Of a stretch of DNA of 64,000 nucleotides, positions 39,223 through 49,047 are shown in pieces (the stretch's first letter is position 1; every line of letters starts with the position of its first letter). The stretch comes from an uncultured bacterium. Its GTDB lineage: Bacteria > Acidobacteriota > DATKUA01. The stretch covers positions 2,524 through 66,523 of the forward strand of contig CBFCZO010000005.1 in the NCBI GenBank assembly GCA_965602675.1, written 5' to 3'. A program made the translations under genes and the position numbers. The notes under the pieces were generated by a model. That model was not told the DNA's origin. It ran no database searches and was given only the letters and a program-made list of their open reading frames with translations.

Positions 39223-39297
39223 CACGTGTCCTGGCTCGCCCGACGGTCTAGTAGGAACGTCGCCGGCGGCCAAACTGGTCAGCTCACGAACTAATCA

Positions 39298-39339
39298 GAG
39301 GACTTCCAAGGGTGCCCGTCTTCTTGGGAGCCCTCTTTT
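39298..39339 (+). terminator. Putative terminator after the MMPL gene
   Basis: GAGGaCTTCCAAG/CTTGGGAGcCCTC stem followed by TTTT. Confidence 0.45.
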
Positions 39340-39424
39340 GAACACCGGTTTGGGTTTCTTGCTTCGGATATACACACCGTTTCGATGAATTTGCAGCTTT
39401 TGTAGGAACCGACTTGGATCTCGA

Positions 39425-39457
39425 CAAATGACATATCGTGACAAATCATGACATTTG
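39425..39457. repeat. Three TGACA direct repeats at exact 10-nt period, bracketed by an imperfect inverted repeat
   Basis: TGACA at 39429, 39439 and 39449. CAAATGACAT...ATGACATTTG is a 9/10 inverted match. Confidence 0.65.
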
Positions 39458-39585
39458 CCGGGTTACGGGAGGTGCGGCAATAAAAAAGTGCGCCATCGCG
39501 CGGAAATCGCCCGGATGCACCTGTATCAGCGTAAATCAATACCACCAGAGTTGAGAAATAAATCTACAGTCGAATAAAGCTTCCT

Positions 39586-41847
39586 CTATTTTCGAACCAC
39601 AGAAATTTTCAAACAAGACGGATGTTCCACCGAGCGGTGCACGCGGTGATAAGCCTTCTGAAAGTCCTCTTCAGTCGCGCTGAAGATGTCGACGAATGTC
39701 TGAGGGTTGCGGTCGAACAGCGGGAAACAGGAACTCTGCACTTGCACCATTATCTTGTGACCCTTGAGGAACGTGTGGTTGATGTCGTCGATCTCGTAGC
39801 TTACCTTCGCAACTTCACCAGGAACGAAAGGTTCCGGCTTGCTGAAGCTGTTGCGGAACTTGCCCCTGAATATCTCGCCGCGGACAAGCATCTGGTAGCC
39901 TCCCATTCTGATGAGCTTGGGATTCGGTTCGGGATCGGGCGCGTTGTCCGGATAGACGTCGATGATCTTCACCATCCAATCGGCGTCGGAGCCGGTGGTC
40001 GAGACGAAAAGCTCTGCCATAACCGGCCCGGCGATTGTGATGTCTTCCTCCAGCACCTCGGTCTCGTAGACCAGCACATCCGGGCGCGTCGAGGCGAAGC
40101 GCTGATCGGAGTGCATAAAACCGTACGTCCAAAAACCGATGATCTCGCCCCTGTAAGGAACAGGGTTGGTGGGATCGCTGAGGTACTCGTCGAAAGCCTG
40201 TGCGTTGTCGGACGGCTTCGTAAACGAGAGCCGCTCGCCGGCTTGGAAATAGAGTTCCTTGGCGTCGACGTTTTTCGGGGGCCACTGATCGTATCTCCTC
40301 CAGACGTTTGAACCGGTTTCGTAGATGAGCGCTTCCGGCAGATCCGGAGCGCCTTTGCCCTTCAGGTGGTGCTCGAAAAAGGGGAACTCCACGTTCTGGC
40401 GGAAGAACTCGGCTGTCGTGCCAGCGTTGTGGTGGATGCCGTTGACCACGTCGTCGTCCGTGCCGCCCCAACTCCCGTGGTACCAGGGGCCGAAGACAAT
40501 GCTGTTGTCAATGCCGGGATTGTTCTTCTCAATAGCCTCATAAGACTTCAGTGGGCCGTAGAGGTCTTCCGCGTCGTACCAGCCGCCCACCGTCAGCACC
40601 GCCGCCCTGATGTTCTTCAGATGCGGAAGTGGATTCATGGCTTTCCAGTAGTCGTCGTAATTACCATGCTCCATCATCTCGTTCCACATAACTGACTGGT
40701 GCTTGAAGTATTTCTCGTTGACGTTGGAGATTGGGCCGATTTCGAGGAAAAATCTATAAAGGAAGGTCGTGGGATAACTAAGCATCCGCGGCGGCCATTC
40801 TGTTATCAGGCCCGAGCGTGGAGCACCGGTTCCCCTGAAGAAATTGACAGCCTGAAGGAAATAGAAGGCGCCGTTGCGGTGGAAGTCGTCGCCGATGAAC
40901 CAGTCAGTGACCGGCGCTCTCGGCGAGGAGGCGACGAGCGCGGGGTGGCCGTCGATGATTCCCACGACGGCGTAGAAGCCAGGGTAGGAGGTGCCGTAGA
41001 TGCCGGCTTTGCCGTTGTTGTTGGGGATGTTGTTGACGAGCCATTCCACTGTGTCATAAGTGTCGGAGCTCTCGTCAATGTCCGCGGGAGTTTTCTTGTC
41101 GGGGATTTGCGGCCTGACGTCGACGTATTCGCCTTCCGACATGAATTTTCCGCGCACGTCCTGGTAAACGAAGATATAGCCTGATTTTGTGAAAAGCATA
41201 GACGGGCCGAGACAATTGCGGTAGTTGAAGTGTTCCTCGCCGTAAGGCGCAACGCGGTAGGGGGTCCGTAGAATCAGAAACGGGTATTTATGCGATTTGT
41301 ATTTCGGGCTGTAGACCTGGGTGAACAGCGTCTTGCCGTCCCGCATCGCTACGCGGTACTCGCGCTTGTCGTAGTTCTCGATTATGTAGATCTTGTTGAG
41401 GCCGCCAACAGAGGCGTAGAAGCCGGGCTCTATCTCCAGGGCTTTCTGATAGAGCCGCCGCGCTTGTTCAAAATCTCCTTTGAAAAGGTAAGCTTCGGCG
41501 AGGCTGTCGTGAGGGTTATGAGCTTCCGGAAAAACCTCGACGTTCAACTCGAAGATCTTTAAGGCCTCCTCGACACGTCCCTCCCCCAGGAGGATGTATC
41601 CGACGCGATTGAGCTGAGCCTCGGAGAAATTATAATTGTCCGGTCCGTTCTGTTTCAATTCGCGGTACTTGGCGATGGCGGCATCCGCGTCCTGCTGCTC
41701 GAGGATTGCGGTGAGTACATCGGATATTGGTGTCTTTTCGGCTTCCTGAGGCTGTATGAACGGATCAGCGTAGATTGCAGCGGCAGCGTTGAGACACAAA
41801 CCAAAACAAAACATGATCGCGAAAAGTAGAGCCGGATTCTTTCTCAT
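39586..41847 (-). CDS. CocE/NonD family hydrolase (S15 / alpha-amino acid ester hydrolase-like) with N-terminal TPR
   Basis: Signal peptide, TPR (LNRVGY.LL...DSLAEAY), MRDG..L.T, RTPY, QDVRG, GTSYPG, WYDAED and GPW.HG. Confidence 0.92.
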   Translation of the reverse strand: MRKNPALLFAIMFCFGLCLNAAAAIYADPFIQPQEAEKTPISDVLTAILEQQDADAAIAKYRELKQNGPDNYNFSEAQLNRVGYILLGEGRVEEALKIFELNVEVFPEAHNPHDSLAEAYLFKGDFEQARRLYQKALEIEPGFYASVGGLNKIYIIENYDKREYRVAMRDGKTLFTQVYSPKYKSHKYPFLILRTPYRVAPYGEEHFNYRNCLGPSMLFTKSGYIFVYQDVRGKFMSEGEYVDVRPQIPDKKTPADIDESSDTYDTVEWLVNNIPNNNGKAGIYGTSYPGFYAVVGIIDGHPALVASSPRAPVTDWFIGDDFHRNGAFYFLQAVNFFRGTGAPRSGLITEWPPRMLSYPTTFLYRFFLEIGPISNVNEKYFKHQSVMWNEMMEHGNYDDYWKAMNPLPHLKNIRAAVLTVGGWYDAEDLYGPLKSYEAIEKNNPGIDNSIVFGPWYHGSWGGTDDDVVNGIHHNAGTTAEFFRQNVEFPFFEHHLKGKGAPDLPEALIYETGSNVWRRYDQWPPKNVDAKELYFQAGERLSFTKPSDNAQAFDEYLSDPTNPVPYRGEIIGFWTYGFMHSDQRFASTRPDVLVYETEVLEEDITIAGPVMAELFVSTTGSDADWMVKIIDVYPDNAPDPEPNPKLIRMGGYQMLVRGEIFRGKFRNSFSKPEPFVPGEVAKVSYEIDDINHTFLKGHKIMVQVQSSCFPLFDRNPQTFVDIFSATEEDFQKAYHRVHRSVEHPSCLKISVVRK

Positions 41848-42213
41848 GAGACACTCCTTCCCTCTTCTATTAAAGGCGCACGAGGAATAATATCCCCCCC
41901 TCAGTCTATCTGACTCAGGTTCCGTTAAAAAGGTTGGCATGAGCGGGGGGAATTTAATACGCCCAGTAGTGTTTCCTAAAGAGGCTTAGCTTGTTAGTGT
42001 TCGCCGACGTTGTGGTTTCCCGGCACGCGGTGTCGGACAACACCTTATTGTTTAGCGCCGAATTTGAAAAACTGGATCTGAACGCTTTTTGTGACAAGCC
42101 ATTAGCCTGATCTTGTGATGGATAATGCAAGATTGCCGGTTTCCGTTCTGCTGTTGCCGGGTGTATGATTTTGAAAGGGAAGGTAGTCGAATAAACAGAC
42201 AGGGGGAATTCGG

Positions 42214-43563
42214 ATGCGTAGATTTGTTTTTCTTGCCGCCTTGGTGTGTCTGCTGCTGCAAGGTTTTGCGGCCGCCGATGATATGCCGACCATCCTCTCG
42301 CTGAAGGAACGAGCGGAGGTGATAAATCACTGGCTGGAGATACGGCTGGACAAGCTGGTGCCGGAGTTGATGCGCCGCGAGGGCATCGACATGTGGATTC
42401 TGATCGCCCGCGAGTACAACGAAGACCCGGTGATGAAGACGATGATCCCCGCGCGCTGGCTGGCGGCCCGCAGGTGCACGATATTGATTTTTTCCGACCG
42501 TGGCCCGGAGCAGGGTGTCGAGCGGCTGGCGGTGGCACGCTATGATATCGGCCGCTTCTTCAAGCGCGCCTGGGTCAAGGAAGAGCAGCCCGATCAGTGG
42601 AAAGCGCTGGCCGATGTTGTGATCGAGAGGGATCCGAAGAAAATTGCGCTGAATTACTCCGATTATTTCGGCCACGCCGACGGCATCTCGCTCACCGACT
42701 ACCGCGAGTTCGTTAACGCCGTCGGGAAGAAATACGCCGACAGGATTGTCTCCGGCGAACGCCTGGCCGTCGGTTGGCTGGAAACACGCACCGAGGAGGA
42801 ACTGGTCGTTTATCCCCAGATCGTGCGAATCGCCCACCGGATCATCGCGGAGGGGCTCAGCGACGCCGTTATCCAGCCCGGAGTCACTACCACTGAAGAC
42901 GTGCAGTGGTGGTTCCGCGAGAGGATCAGGTCCCTGAAACTGACTACATGGTTCCATACCGGCGTCGAAGTCCAGCGTGCTGAGTCGCCTGATCCCGATT
43001 CAGATTACTCGCGACGCGAAGGTCCGAATGTGATTTTGCCCGGCGACCTGATCCACATGGATATCGGCATCTGCTATCTGCGCCTCAACACCGACACGCA
43101 GCAGAATGCATACGTGCTCCGTCCCGGAGAAACCGACGCGCCCGAAGGCCTTAAAAAAGCTCTGGCCGTCGGCAACCGGCTGCAGGATATCCTCACCGGG
43201 GAGTACAAGACCGGCCGCACGGGAAACGAGATTCTGAAATCCTCGCTGGAGAAGGCGAAGGCCGAGGGCATCCGCCCGAGCATCTACTCCCACCCGCTGG
43301 GGATGCACGGCCATGCAGCCGGCATGACCGTCGGCCTCTGGGACCAGCAATACGGCGTGGAAGGGCAGGGGGATTATCCTCTCTTCCCCAATACCTGCTA
43401 CGCCATCGAACTCAACGTCATCGTCTTTGTGCCCGAGTGGAACAAGGATGTTCAAATGGGGCTGGAGGAGAGCGCCTGCTTCGACGGCGAAAAGGTCTGG
43501 TACCTCGACGGCAGGCAGAAGGAGCTTTACCTGATCGGTAAAAACCCCGGAGTGAACCGGTAA
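42214..43563 (+). CDS. M24 family metallopeptidase (Xaa-Pro aminopeptidase-like), exported
   Basis: Signal peptide; metal-ligand motifs GDLIHMDIG, TDTQ, YSHPLGMHGH, IEL and LEE. Confidence 0.88.
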   Translation: MRRFVFLAALVCLLLQGFAAADDMPTILSLKERAEVINHWLEIRLDKLVPELMRREGIDMWILIAREYNEDPVMKTMIPARWLAARRCTILIFSDRGPEQGVERLAVARYDIGRFFKRAWVKEEQPDQWKALADVVIERDPKKIALNYSDYFGHADGISLTDYREFVNAVGKKYADRIVSGERLAVGWLETRTEEELVVYPQIVRIAHRIIAEGLSDAVIQPGVTTTEDVQWWFRERIRSLKLTTWFHTGVEVQRAESPDPDSDYSRREGPNVILPGDLIHMDIGICYLRLNTDTQQNAYVLRPGETDAPEGLKKALAVGNRLQDILTGEYKTGRTGNEILKSSLEKAKAEGIRPSIYSHPLGMHGHAAGMTVGLWDQQYGVEGQGDYPLFPNTCYAIELNVIVFVPEWNKDVQMGLEESACFDGEKVWYLDGRQKELYLIGKNPGVNR

Positions 43564-43583
43564 TAGCTATTTGAATCGGCAAG

Positions 43584-43612
43584 AAAAGGGGCGGCTAAAC
43601 AGCCGCCCTTTT
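43584..43612. terminator. Bidirectional terminator
   Basis: AAAAGGGGCGGCT-AAAC-AGCCGCCCTTTT between convergent genes. Confidence 0.8.
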
Positions 43613-43633
43613 ATGTATTCAGTGCCATCGGGC

Positions 43634-44212
43634 TTACTTGGCCAACTCCCGCTCGATTGCGGTGATTACTTCCTGGTCGGAGGGTTTGGTCCGCGGTTCG
43701 AAACGGGCTGCGACCCGGCCGTCCTTTCCGAGGAGGAACTTGGTGAAGTTCCACTGGATCTCGCCGCCGAATCCGCTGTTTTTTTCATCCGATGTCAGTA
43801 GGGCATAGAGGGGTGCAATGTCGTCGCCCTTGACGGAGATCTTGGAGAACATGTCGAACTGAACTTTGTAGTTGGTGGTGCAGAAAATCTTGATTTCCTC
43901 GTTGCTGCCCGGTTCCTGGTTGCGGAAATTGTTTGCCGGGAAACCGAGAATCGCCAGCCCCTTGTCCGCGTATTGATCATGCAACGCCTGCAGTTCTTCA
44001 TATTGCGGCGCCAGCCCGCACTTCGAAGCTACATTGACGATCAGCACTACCTTGCCCTTGTAGTCTTGCAGGTTGACTTCGTTGCCGTCGATATCCGTCA
44101 CCGCGAAACCCAGGACGTAGGCTCCCTGCTGGGCTGCAGCCGGGACCGCTGCGACGAACAGAGCTGCAATCAACACTGCCAAAGCTGCCTTTAAAGTCTT
44201 GAATCCGATCAT
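43634..44212 (-). CDS. Glutathione peroxidase family (Cys-type), with signal peptide
   Basis: NVASKCG, GFPANNF..QEPG and WNFTKFL. Start placed at MIGFK after AAGGAG. Confidence 0.93.
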   Translation of the reverse strand: MIGFKTLKAALAVLIAALFVAAVPAAAQQGAYVLGFAVTDIDGNEVNLQDYKGKVVLIVNVASKCGLAPQYEELQALHDQYADKGLAILGFPANNFRNQEPGSNEEIKIFCTTNYKVQFDMFSKISVKGDDIAPLYALLTSDEKNSGFGGEIQWNFTKFLLGKDGRVAARFEPRTKPSDQEVITAIERELAK

Positions 44213-44350
44213 CTTAGTAAGTCTCCTTCCACTCATCGGGTAATCAATCCCGCGCATATCAGATTCATGGAACTTATTTTCACTGTATAAGTTACGTCTG
44301 TATCCGCGCCCCTAATCCTCCTTTTTTTTCAGTAGAGGTGGATTTTTTTC

Positions 44351-44397
44351 TTGACTGGCTGGAATGGTTTCTGTATTATTCAAGTATTCTATTGAAT
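44351..44397 (+). promoter_or_regulatory. Sigma-70 promoter overlapped by an ArsR-type operator
   Basis: TTGACT(44351)-17 nt-TATTAT(44374), plus palindrome ATTCAA-N8-TTGAAT at 44378-44397. Confidence 0.8.
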
Positions 44398-44420
44398 GAT
44401 TGAGTAACATGGAGAGCACA

Positions 44421-45101
44421 ATGGCCACGCAAACGCAGGGCAGAGAGTTCAAAGACAGGATTTACCAGGAATTCGCGCGCATCGGCAAAGCGATTTCCAG
44501 TCCTCGCAGGCTGGAACTGCTCGACCTGCTCTGCCAGGGTTCCCGCACCGTCGAGGAGTTGGGCAAGCAGGCCGGACAGAGCGTTGCCAACACGTCACAG
44601 CATCTTCAGATACTTCGCTCATCGCACCTGGTAGAGGCGGTGAAGAACGGGCACTTTGTCAACTACAGCCTCGCGGATGACAACGTAGCGGAATTCTTTC
44701 GCTCGCTTCGCAAAATTGCAGAGGATCGACTCGGAGGAATCGAGCGTATGAGGCGGGAATTCCTTGAGGAGCGAGGCGTGGAGAGCAGTTCCGATACCAA
44801 GGAGTTAATGGAGCGAGTCCGCAACGGCGAAGCGATTCTTGTCGACTTTCGTCCGCGCGAGGAGTATGTCGCGGGTCACATTCCCGGCGCGATCTCGCTG
44901 CCCTATGAAGAGTTTGACCACAGAATCAAGGACATTCCCAAGGACAAGGAAATCATCGCCTACTGCCGCGGTCCCTACTGTGCTGCGGCGATCGAGGCGG
45001 TCCGCCGACTGCGGGAGCAGGGCTTTAAGGCGGAGCGGCTTGAAGAGGGCGTTATTGAATGGAAGGCCAGGGGATACGACTTGGCTTTCGGTGAGAACTA
45101 A
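44421..45101 (+). CDS. ArsR/SmtB regulator fused to a rhodanese domain
   Basis: FARIGKAISSPRRLELLDLL and ANTSQHLQIL; rhodanese D.RP.EEY..GHIPGA and YCRGPYC. Confidence 0.93.
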   Translation: MATQTQGREFKDRIYQEFARIGKAISSPRRLELLDLLCQGSRTVEELGKQAGQSVANTSQHLQILRSSHLVEAVKNGHFVNYSLADDNVAEFFRSLRKIAEDRLGGIERMRREFLEERGVESSSDTKELMERVRNGEAILVDFRPREEYVAGHIPGAISLPYEEFDHRIKDIPKDKEIIAYCRGPYCAAAIEAVRRLREQGFKAERLEEGVIEWKARGYDLAFGEN

Positions 45102-45115
45102 ACCGGAGACGATTC

Positions 45116-47965
45116 ATGCTAACCAAGATCACAGAGTTTTCAATTGACCGCCCGTGGGTGTTGTTCGGCATCATCGCAGTAATCACGGCGGTCTTTATGT
45201 TTCAGTTCCCGCAAATAAACATCGATACCGATCCCGAGAATATGTTGCAACCCGATCAACCCGATCGGGCTTATTACGACGAGATCAAGAAGGAATTTGG
45301 CATCGATGACATCGTCGTGGTCGGCATTGTCGACAATAACGGCATCTTCCGCCCCGAGGCTCTCCGTCAGGTGAGCGAGATCATCAACGAAATTAAAGAG
45401 ATCCGGGTGAAAGAGACCGAGCTGGGCGAGAACCTGCTCCGCAAGCTCGGATTCGAAGAGCCGGCAAGTGACGAGCGCTTGGTCTATCTCGTCAATAAGG
45501 ACGACATGGTCAGCCTAACGACGACCAAGAACATCTACAGTGGCCCGGAAGGCGTCAGCCCCGAGTACATCATGGAATCCGACTTCTTCGATGAGCCGGC
45601 TGATGAGGCCGCTTACGAAGCCGAATTCAGCAAGATGCGGGGCTTCATCGCTGAGCGCGGCCTTGAGGTTCCCGATAATTTCGGTTACGACCTCGACACG
45701 CTGTTGTCCGCGCGCATCGAGAAGATGCGCTATGACATCAAAGACACGCCGTTTCTCGACCAGCGCGTCGCTTCTTCCGAAGGCGATGCCGTTGCCATCT
45801 ACATCCCGATCATCGACAAGAAAGTCGGCTACCGTGTGTCTCAGGAAATCGAAAAGATAATGGGCGCACACCTGCTCGAGGGCCAGAAGTGGCATATCGC
45901 CGGCCTGCCGATCGCAGAGGAGGTGTTCGGCCACGAAATGTTCATTCAGATGGCGGTTGTCGCCCCGGTTGCCTTCCTGCTGATCATGTTGATCGTCTAC
46001 CTGCTCTTCCGCCAGCCGTTGTTCCTCGTCCCTGTCGGCGTAACCGCTATGCTATCGGTTATCTGGTCGATGGGCCTGCTGATCGGGATGGGTTTCACCG
46101 TGCACATTATGAGCTCGATGATACCCGTGTTCCTGCTGCCGATCGCCATCCTCAACAGCGTTCACATCCTCAGCCAGTTCTTCGACCGCTTCTGCGAGAC
46201 CGGCAAGAAGCGTGAGTCGCTGATGTGGGCGATGAAGCGGCTCTATGTGCCGATGCTTTTCACCTCGCTGACCTCTGCGGTCGGCTTCGCTTCGCTGGCG
46301 ATGGCCGATATCCCGCCGGTGCAGGTCTTCGGTGTGTTTGTCGCCTTCGGTATTTTCGTCGCATGGGCCTTCTCGCTGACGCTGGTGCCGGCGATGGTCA
46401 ACATGCTCAACGAGCACAAGCTCGCGTGCGCGCTGCACCGCGAGGAGGAGGAGCGCAAGTCGTTCCTCGACAAGATTCTGCTGCCGATCGGCAAGGTCAC
46501 CTTCAAGCGCGCCCCCTGGGTGCTAACCGGCGCGGTGCTCCTCCTGGTGCTTGGCGTGGTCGGCATTATGCAGATCAAGGTCAACGACAACCCGGTTAAG
46601 TGGTTCAAGGAAGGGCATCCAATACGCGTCGCCGACAAAATCCTCAATGCAAAATTCGGCGGCACCTATATGACCAACCTGGTGCTAGAGGCGGAGCAGC
46701 CGCCCGCCGACGACCTCGAGTACGCGGCGATGCTGGAATCCGGCCAGTTCCCCAACCTGCTCAATAATCCCGAGGTGGCTCACTACATCACGCAGATGAA
46801 AGCCTACCTTGAGGAGAGCGACACGATCGGTAAGGCCTCCTCGGTTTACGACGCCGCCAAGCGCGTCCGCTACGTCTTCATCGGTGACACCCGTGAGGAT
46901 TTGAGCAGGGAAGAGAAACGAGACCTCTTTTACAGCATCGGCCAACCCGCCGACTTCGAGGAGCCTGATTTCGTCAAGAAACAGCTGTTCGAGGAGCGTG
47001 TGGTTGACAACTTCAGCGACGATGAGTACGACGAGTTTTTCGACAAGTTCGAAACGGTCGAGGATTCCCCGCTCTACCAGGATTACCAGGTAACGGACGC
47101 CGATCGGCAGGCCGTTCAGGCCGAACGTCTGCCGGCGCTCAACAAGACCGCCTTCCGCTTCCTCAACTGGAGCATCGCGCAGCTTGACTTCGACACAGTC
47201 ACCAAAAACGACCTCGATAAGTTCCTCGTGCGCCAATCGCGGAAAATCAACGCCAACGGTGGTGGCGAGAGCATCGAGTACGACTGGAAGAAGGTCAACA
47301 TCTGGATCCAGCTCAAGAGCGGCGATAACCAGAAGATGCAGGCAGTGCAGGAACGCTTGGCGCAGTTTATAAACGACAATCCGCCGCCGAAGGGCCTGAA
47401 TATCAAGTGGACCGGCCTGACCTACATCAACAAGGTCTGGCAGGATTTGATGGTCAACGGCATGCTGTTCGCCGTGCTCGGCAGCTTCGCGATCGTCTTC
47501 CTGCTGATGCTGATGGAGTTCCGCTCCTTCATCCTCGGCGCGTTGTCGATGATCCCCCTGACGCTGGCGTTGGTGCTCTCGTACGGCCTGATGGGCTGGA
47601 TCGGCAAGAATTACGACATGCCGATCGCCGTTTGTAGTGCCTTGTCGCTCGGCCTCGCAGTTGACTTCGCGATACACTTCCTGCAACGTTACAAGAACCA
47701 CTACAAGCAGACCGGCGACCTGGCTGAGACCCACGACCACATGTTCGCCGAACCCGGCCGCGCGATCCTGCGCAACGCGATCGTGATCTCGCTCGGCTTC
47801 CTACCACTGATGGTTTCTTCGCTGACCCCCTACGTCACCGTCGGCTCATTCTTCTCACTGCTGATGCTGATGAGCACGCTGGCGACGGTATTCGTGCTGC
47901 CGGCGGCGATGCGCTACCTGGCCGGCATAGTATTCAAATCCAAGAAAGCAGGAGTTACAGCATGA
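45116..47965 (+). CDS. MMPL/RND-family transporter with large periplasmic insertions
   Basis: IDTDPENML, FTSLTSAVGFASL, GLAVDFAIHF and PGRAILRNA; 949 aa. Confidence 0.9.
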   Translation: MLTKITEFSIDRPWVLFGIIAVITAVFMFQFPQINIDTDPENMLQPDQPDRAYYDEIKKEFGIDDIVVVGIVDNNGIFRPEALRQVSEIINEIKEIRVKETELGENLLRKLGFEEPASDERLVYLVNKDDMVSLTTTKNIYSGPEGVSPEYIMESDFFDEPADEAAYEAEFSKMRGFIAERGLEVPDNFGYDLDTLLSARIEKMRYDIKDTPFLDQRVASSEGDAVAIYIPIIDKKVGYRVSQEIEKIMGAHLLEGQKWHIAGLPIAEEVFGHEMFIQMAVVAPVAFLLIMLIVYLLFRQPLFLVPVGVTAMLSVIWSMGLLIGMGFTVHIMSSMIPVFLLPIAILNSVHILSQFFDRFCETGKKRESLMWAMKRLYVPMLFTSLTSAVGFASLAMADIPPVQVFGVFVAFGIFVAWAFSLTLVPAMVNMLNEHKLACALHREEEERKSFLDKILLPIGKVTFKRAPWVLTGAVLLLVLGVVGIMQIKVNDNPVKWFKEGHPIRVADKILNAKFGGTYMTNLVLEAEQPPADDLEYAAMLESGQFPNLLNNPEVAHYITQMKAYLEESDTIGKASSVYDAAKRVRYVFIGDTREDLSREEKRDLFYSIGQPADFEEPDFVKKQLFEERVVDNFSDDEYDEFFDKFETVEDSPLYQDYQVTDADRQAVQAERLPALNKTAFRFLNWSIAQLDFDTVTKNDLDKFLVRQSRKINANGGGESIEYDWKKVNIWIQLKSGDNQKMQAVQERLAQFINDNPPPKGLNIKWTGLTYINKVWQDLMVNGMLFAVLGSFAIVFLLMLMEFRSFILGALSMIPLTLALVLSYGLMGWIGKNYDMPIAVCSALSLGLAVDFAIHFLQRYKNHYKQTGDLAETHDHMFAEPGRAILRNAIVISLGFLPLMVSSLTPYVTVGSFFSLLMLMSTLATVFVLPAAMRYLAGIVFKSKKAGVTA

Positions 47966-48165
47966 CCATAGAGAAACTTCTCAGAGCGATGGCAGGTTTC
48001 ATAACCACTGTTTCGATTCTGTTGGCGGCCTTCTTCTCGCCCTGGTGGCTGCTGCTGACCGCCTTCGTGGGGCTGAACCTGCTACAGAGCGCCTTCACCA
48101 ACTGGTGTCCCGCGATGACGATTCTGGAGAAACTCGGCTTCCGCAAGTGCGTGCCGAGCGCCTGA
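47962..48165 (+). CDS. DUF2892 (YgaP-like) small membrane protein
   Basis: LR.MAG...WLLLTAFVGLNLLQSAFTNWCP; ATGA overlap with the upstream gene. Confidence 0.9.
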   Translation: MTIEKLLRAMAGFITTVSILLAAFFSPWWLLLTAFVGLNLLQSAFTNWCPAMTILEKLGFRKCVPSA

Positions 48166-48216
48166 ACGCAAGATTTAAAACGTAACTAATGACTTCGGTC
48201 TTTGGAGGATAGAGAG

Positions 48217-49014
48217 ATGAGGAAATCGATAATGATGACAGCCGCGGCCGTGCTGCTCACGGCGGCCTTCGCGGCGGCCCAGACTCCCGACGCTGCCGAT
48301 CTGATACAGAAATCGTTGAACGCCTATTACTACGGCGGAGTCGACGGCAAGTCGACGATCAGCATGGAGATCATCGATAAAAACGGAAGCGTGCGTGAAC
48401 GCAAGATGGTGATGTTGCGCCTCAACGTCGGCGATAAGGGCGGCGACCAGAGGTTCTTCGTCTACTTCAAGGAGCCCGGCGACGTGCGTGAGATGACCTT
48501 CATGGTTTACAAGAACGTCAAGGGCGACGACGACCGCTGGATCTTCGTGCCATCGGTCAAGCTGGTGCGCCGCATCGCGGCTGACGACAAGCGCAGTTCT
48601 TTCGTCGGCTCCGACTTCACTTATGAAGACGTCTCCGGCCGAGCGGTCGCGCAGGACGAGCACACCTTTGTCAGGGAAGAGGATTTCAACGGCCAGGCCG
48701 CCTACGTGGTTAAGAGTGTGCCCAAGGACAAGGTCGAGTACTCCCACAAGCTCACCTGGGTCAGTAAGGACACCTACCTTCCGCTCAAGGAAGAGTATTT
48801 CAACGGCGATGGCAAACTCAGCCGCGTGTTTACCGCCGAGGAGATCGAATCGATCGACGACATTCCGACACCGATGAAACGCGTAATGGAAAACCACGAA
48901 ACCGGGTCGAAGACAGTTATCACTATCGAAAAGGCCGAGTACAACGTCGACCTCGACGAGAAAGACTTCAGCGAGCGCCGCATGCGCCGCCCGCCCCGGG
49001 GCTGGATTAGATAA
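48217..49014 (+). CDS. Outer-membrane lipoprotein-sorting protein (LolA-like)
   Basis: Signal peptide, F..P.DV, DDDRWIFVP...VRRIA and SFVGSDFTYED. Confidence 0.88.
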   Translation: MRKSIMMTAAAVLLTAAFAAAQTPDAADLIQKSLNAYYYGGVDGKSTISMEIIDKNGSVRERKMVMLRLNVGDKGGDQRFFVYFKEPGDVREMTFMVYKNVKGDDDRWIFVPSVKLVRRIAADDKRSSFVGSDFTYEDVSGRAVAQDEHTFVREEDFNGQAAYVVKSVPKDKVEYSHKLTWVSKDTYLPLKEEYFNGDGKLSRVFTAEEIESIDDIPTPMKRVMENHETGSKTVITIEKAEYNVDLDEKDFSERRMRRPPRGWIR

Positions 49015-49047
49015 ACAGGGCCAATAACAGACTACTCGAGGAAAATA

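Noticed and set aside
39291-39545. 84-aa minus-strand ORF in the convergent gap
   Set aside because: No clear RBS, atypical codon use, no motif, and it overlaps a probable terminator.
43634-44212. Selenocysteine-type glutathione peroxidase
   Set aside because: The active-site codon is TGC (Cys) and there is no in-frame TGA.
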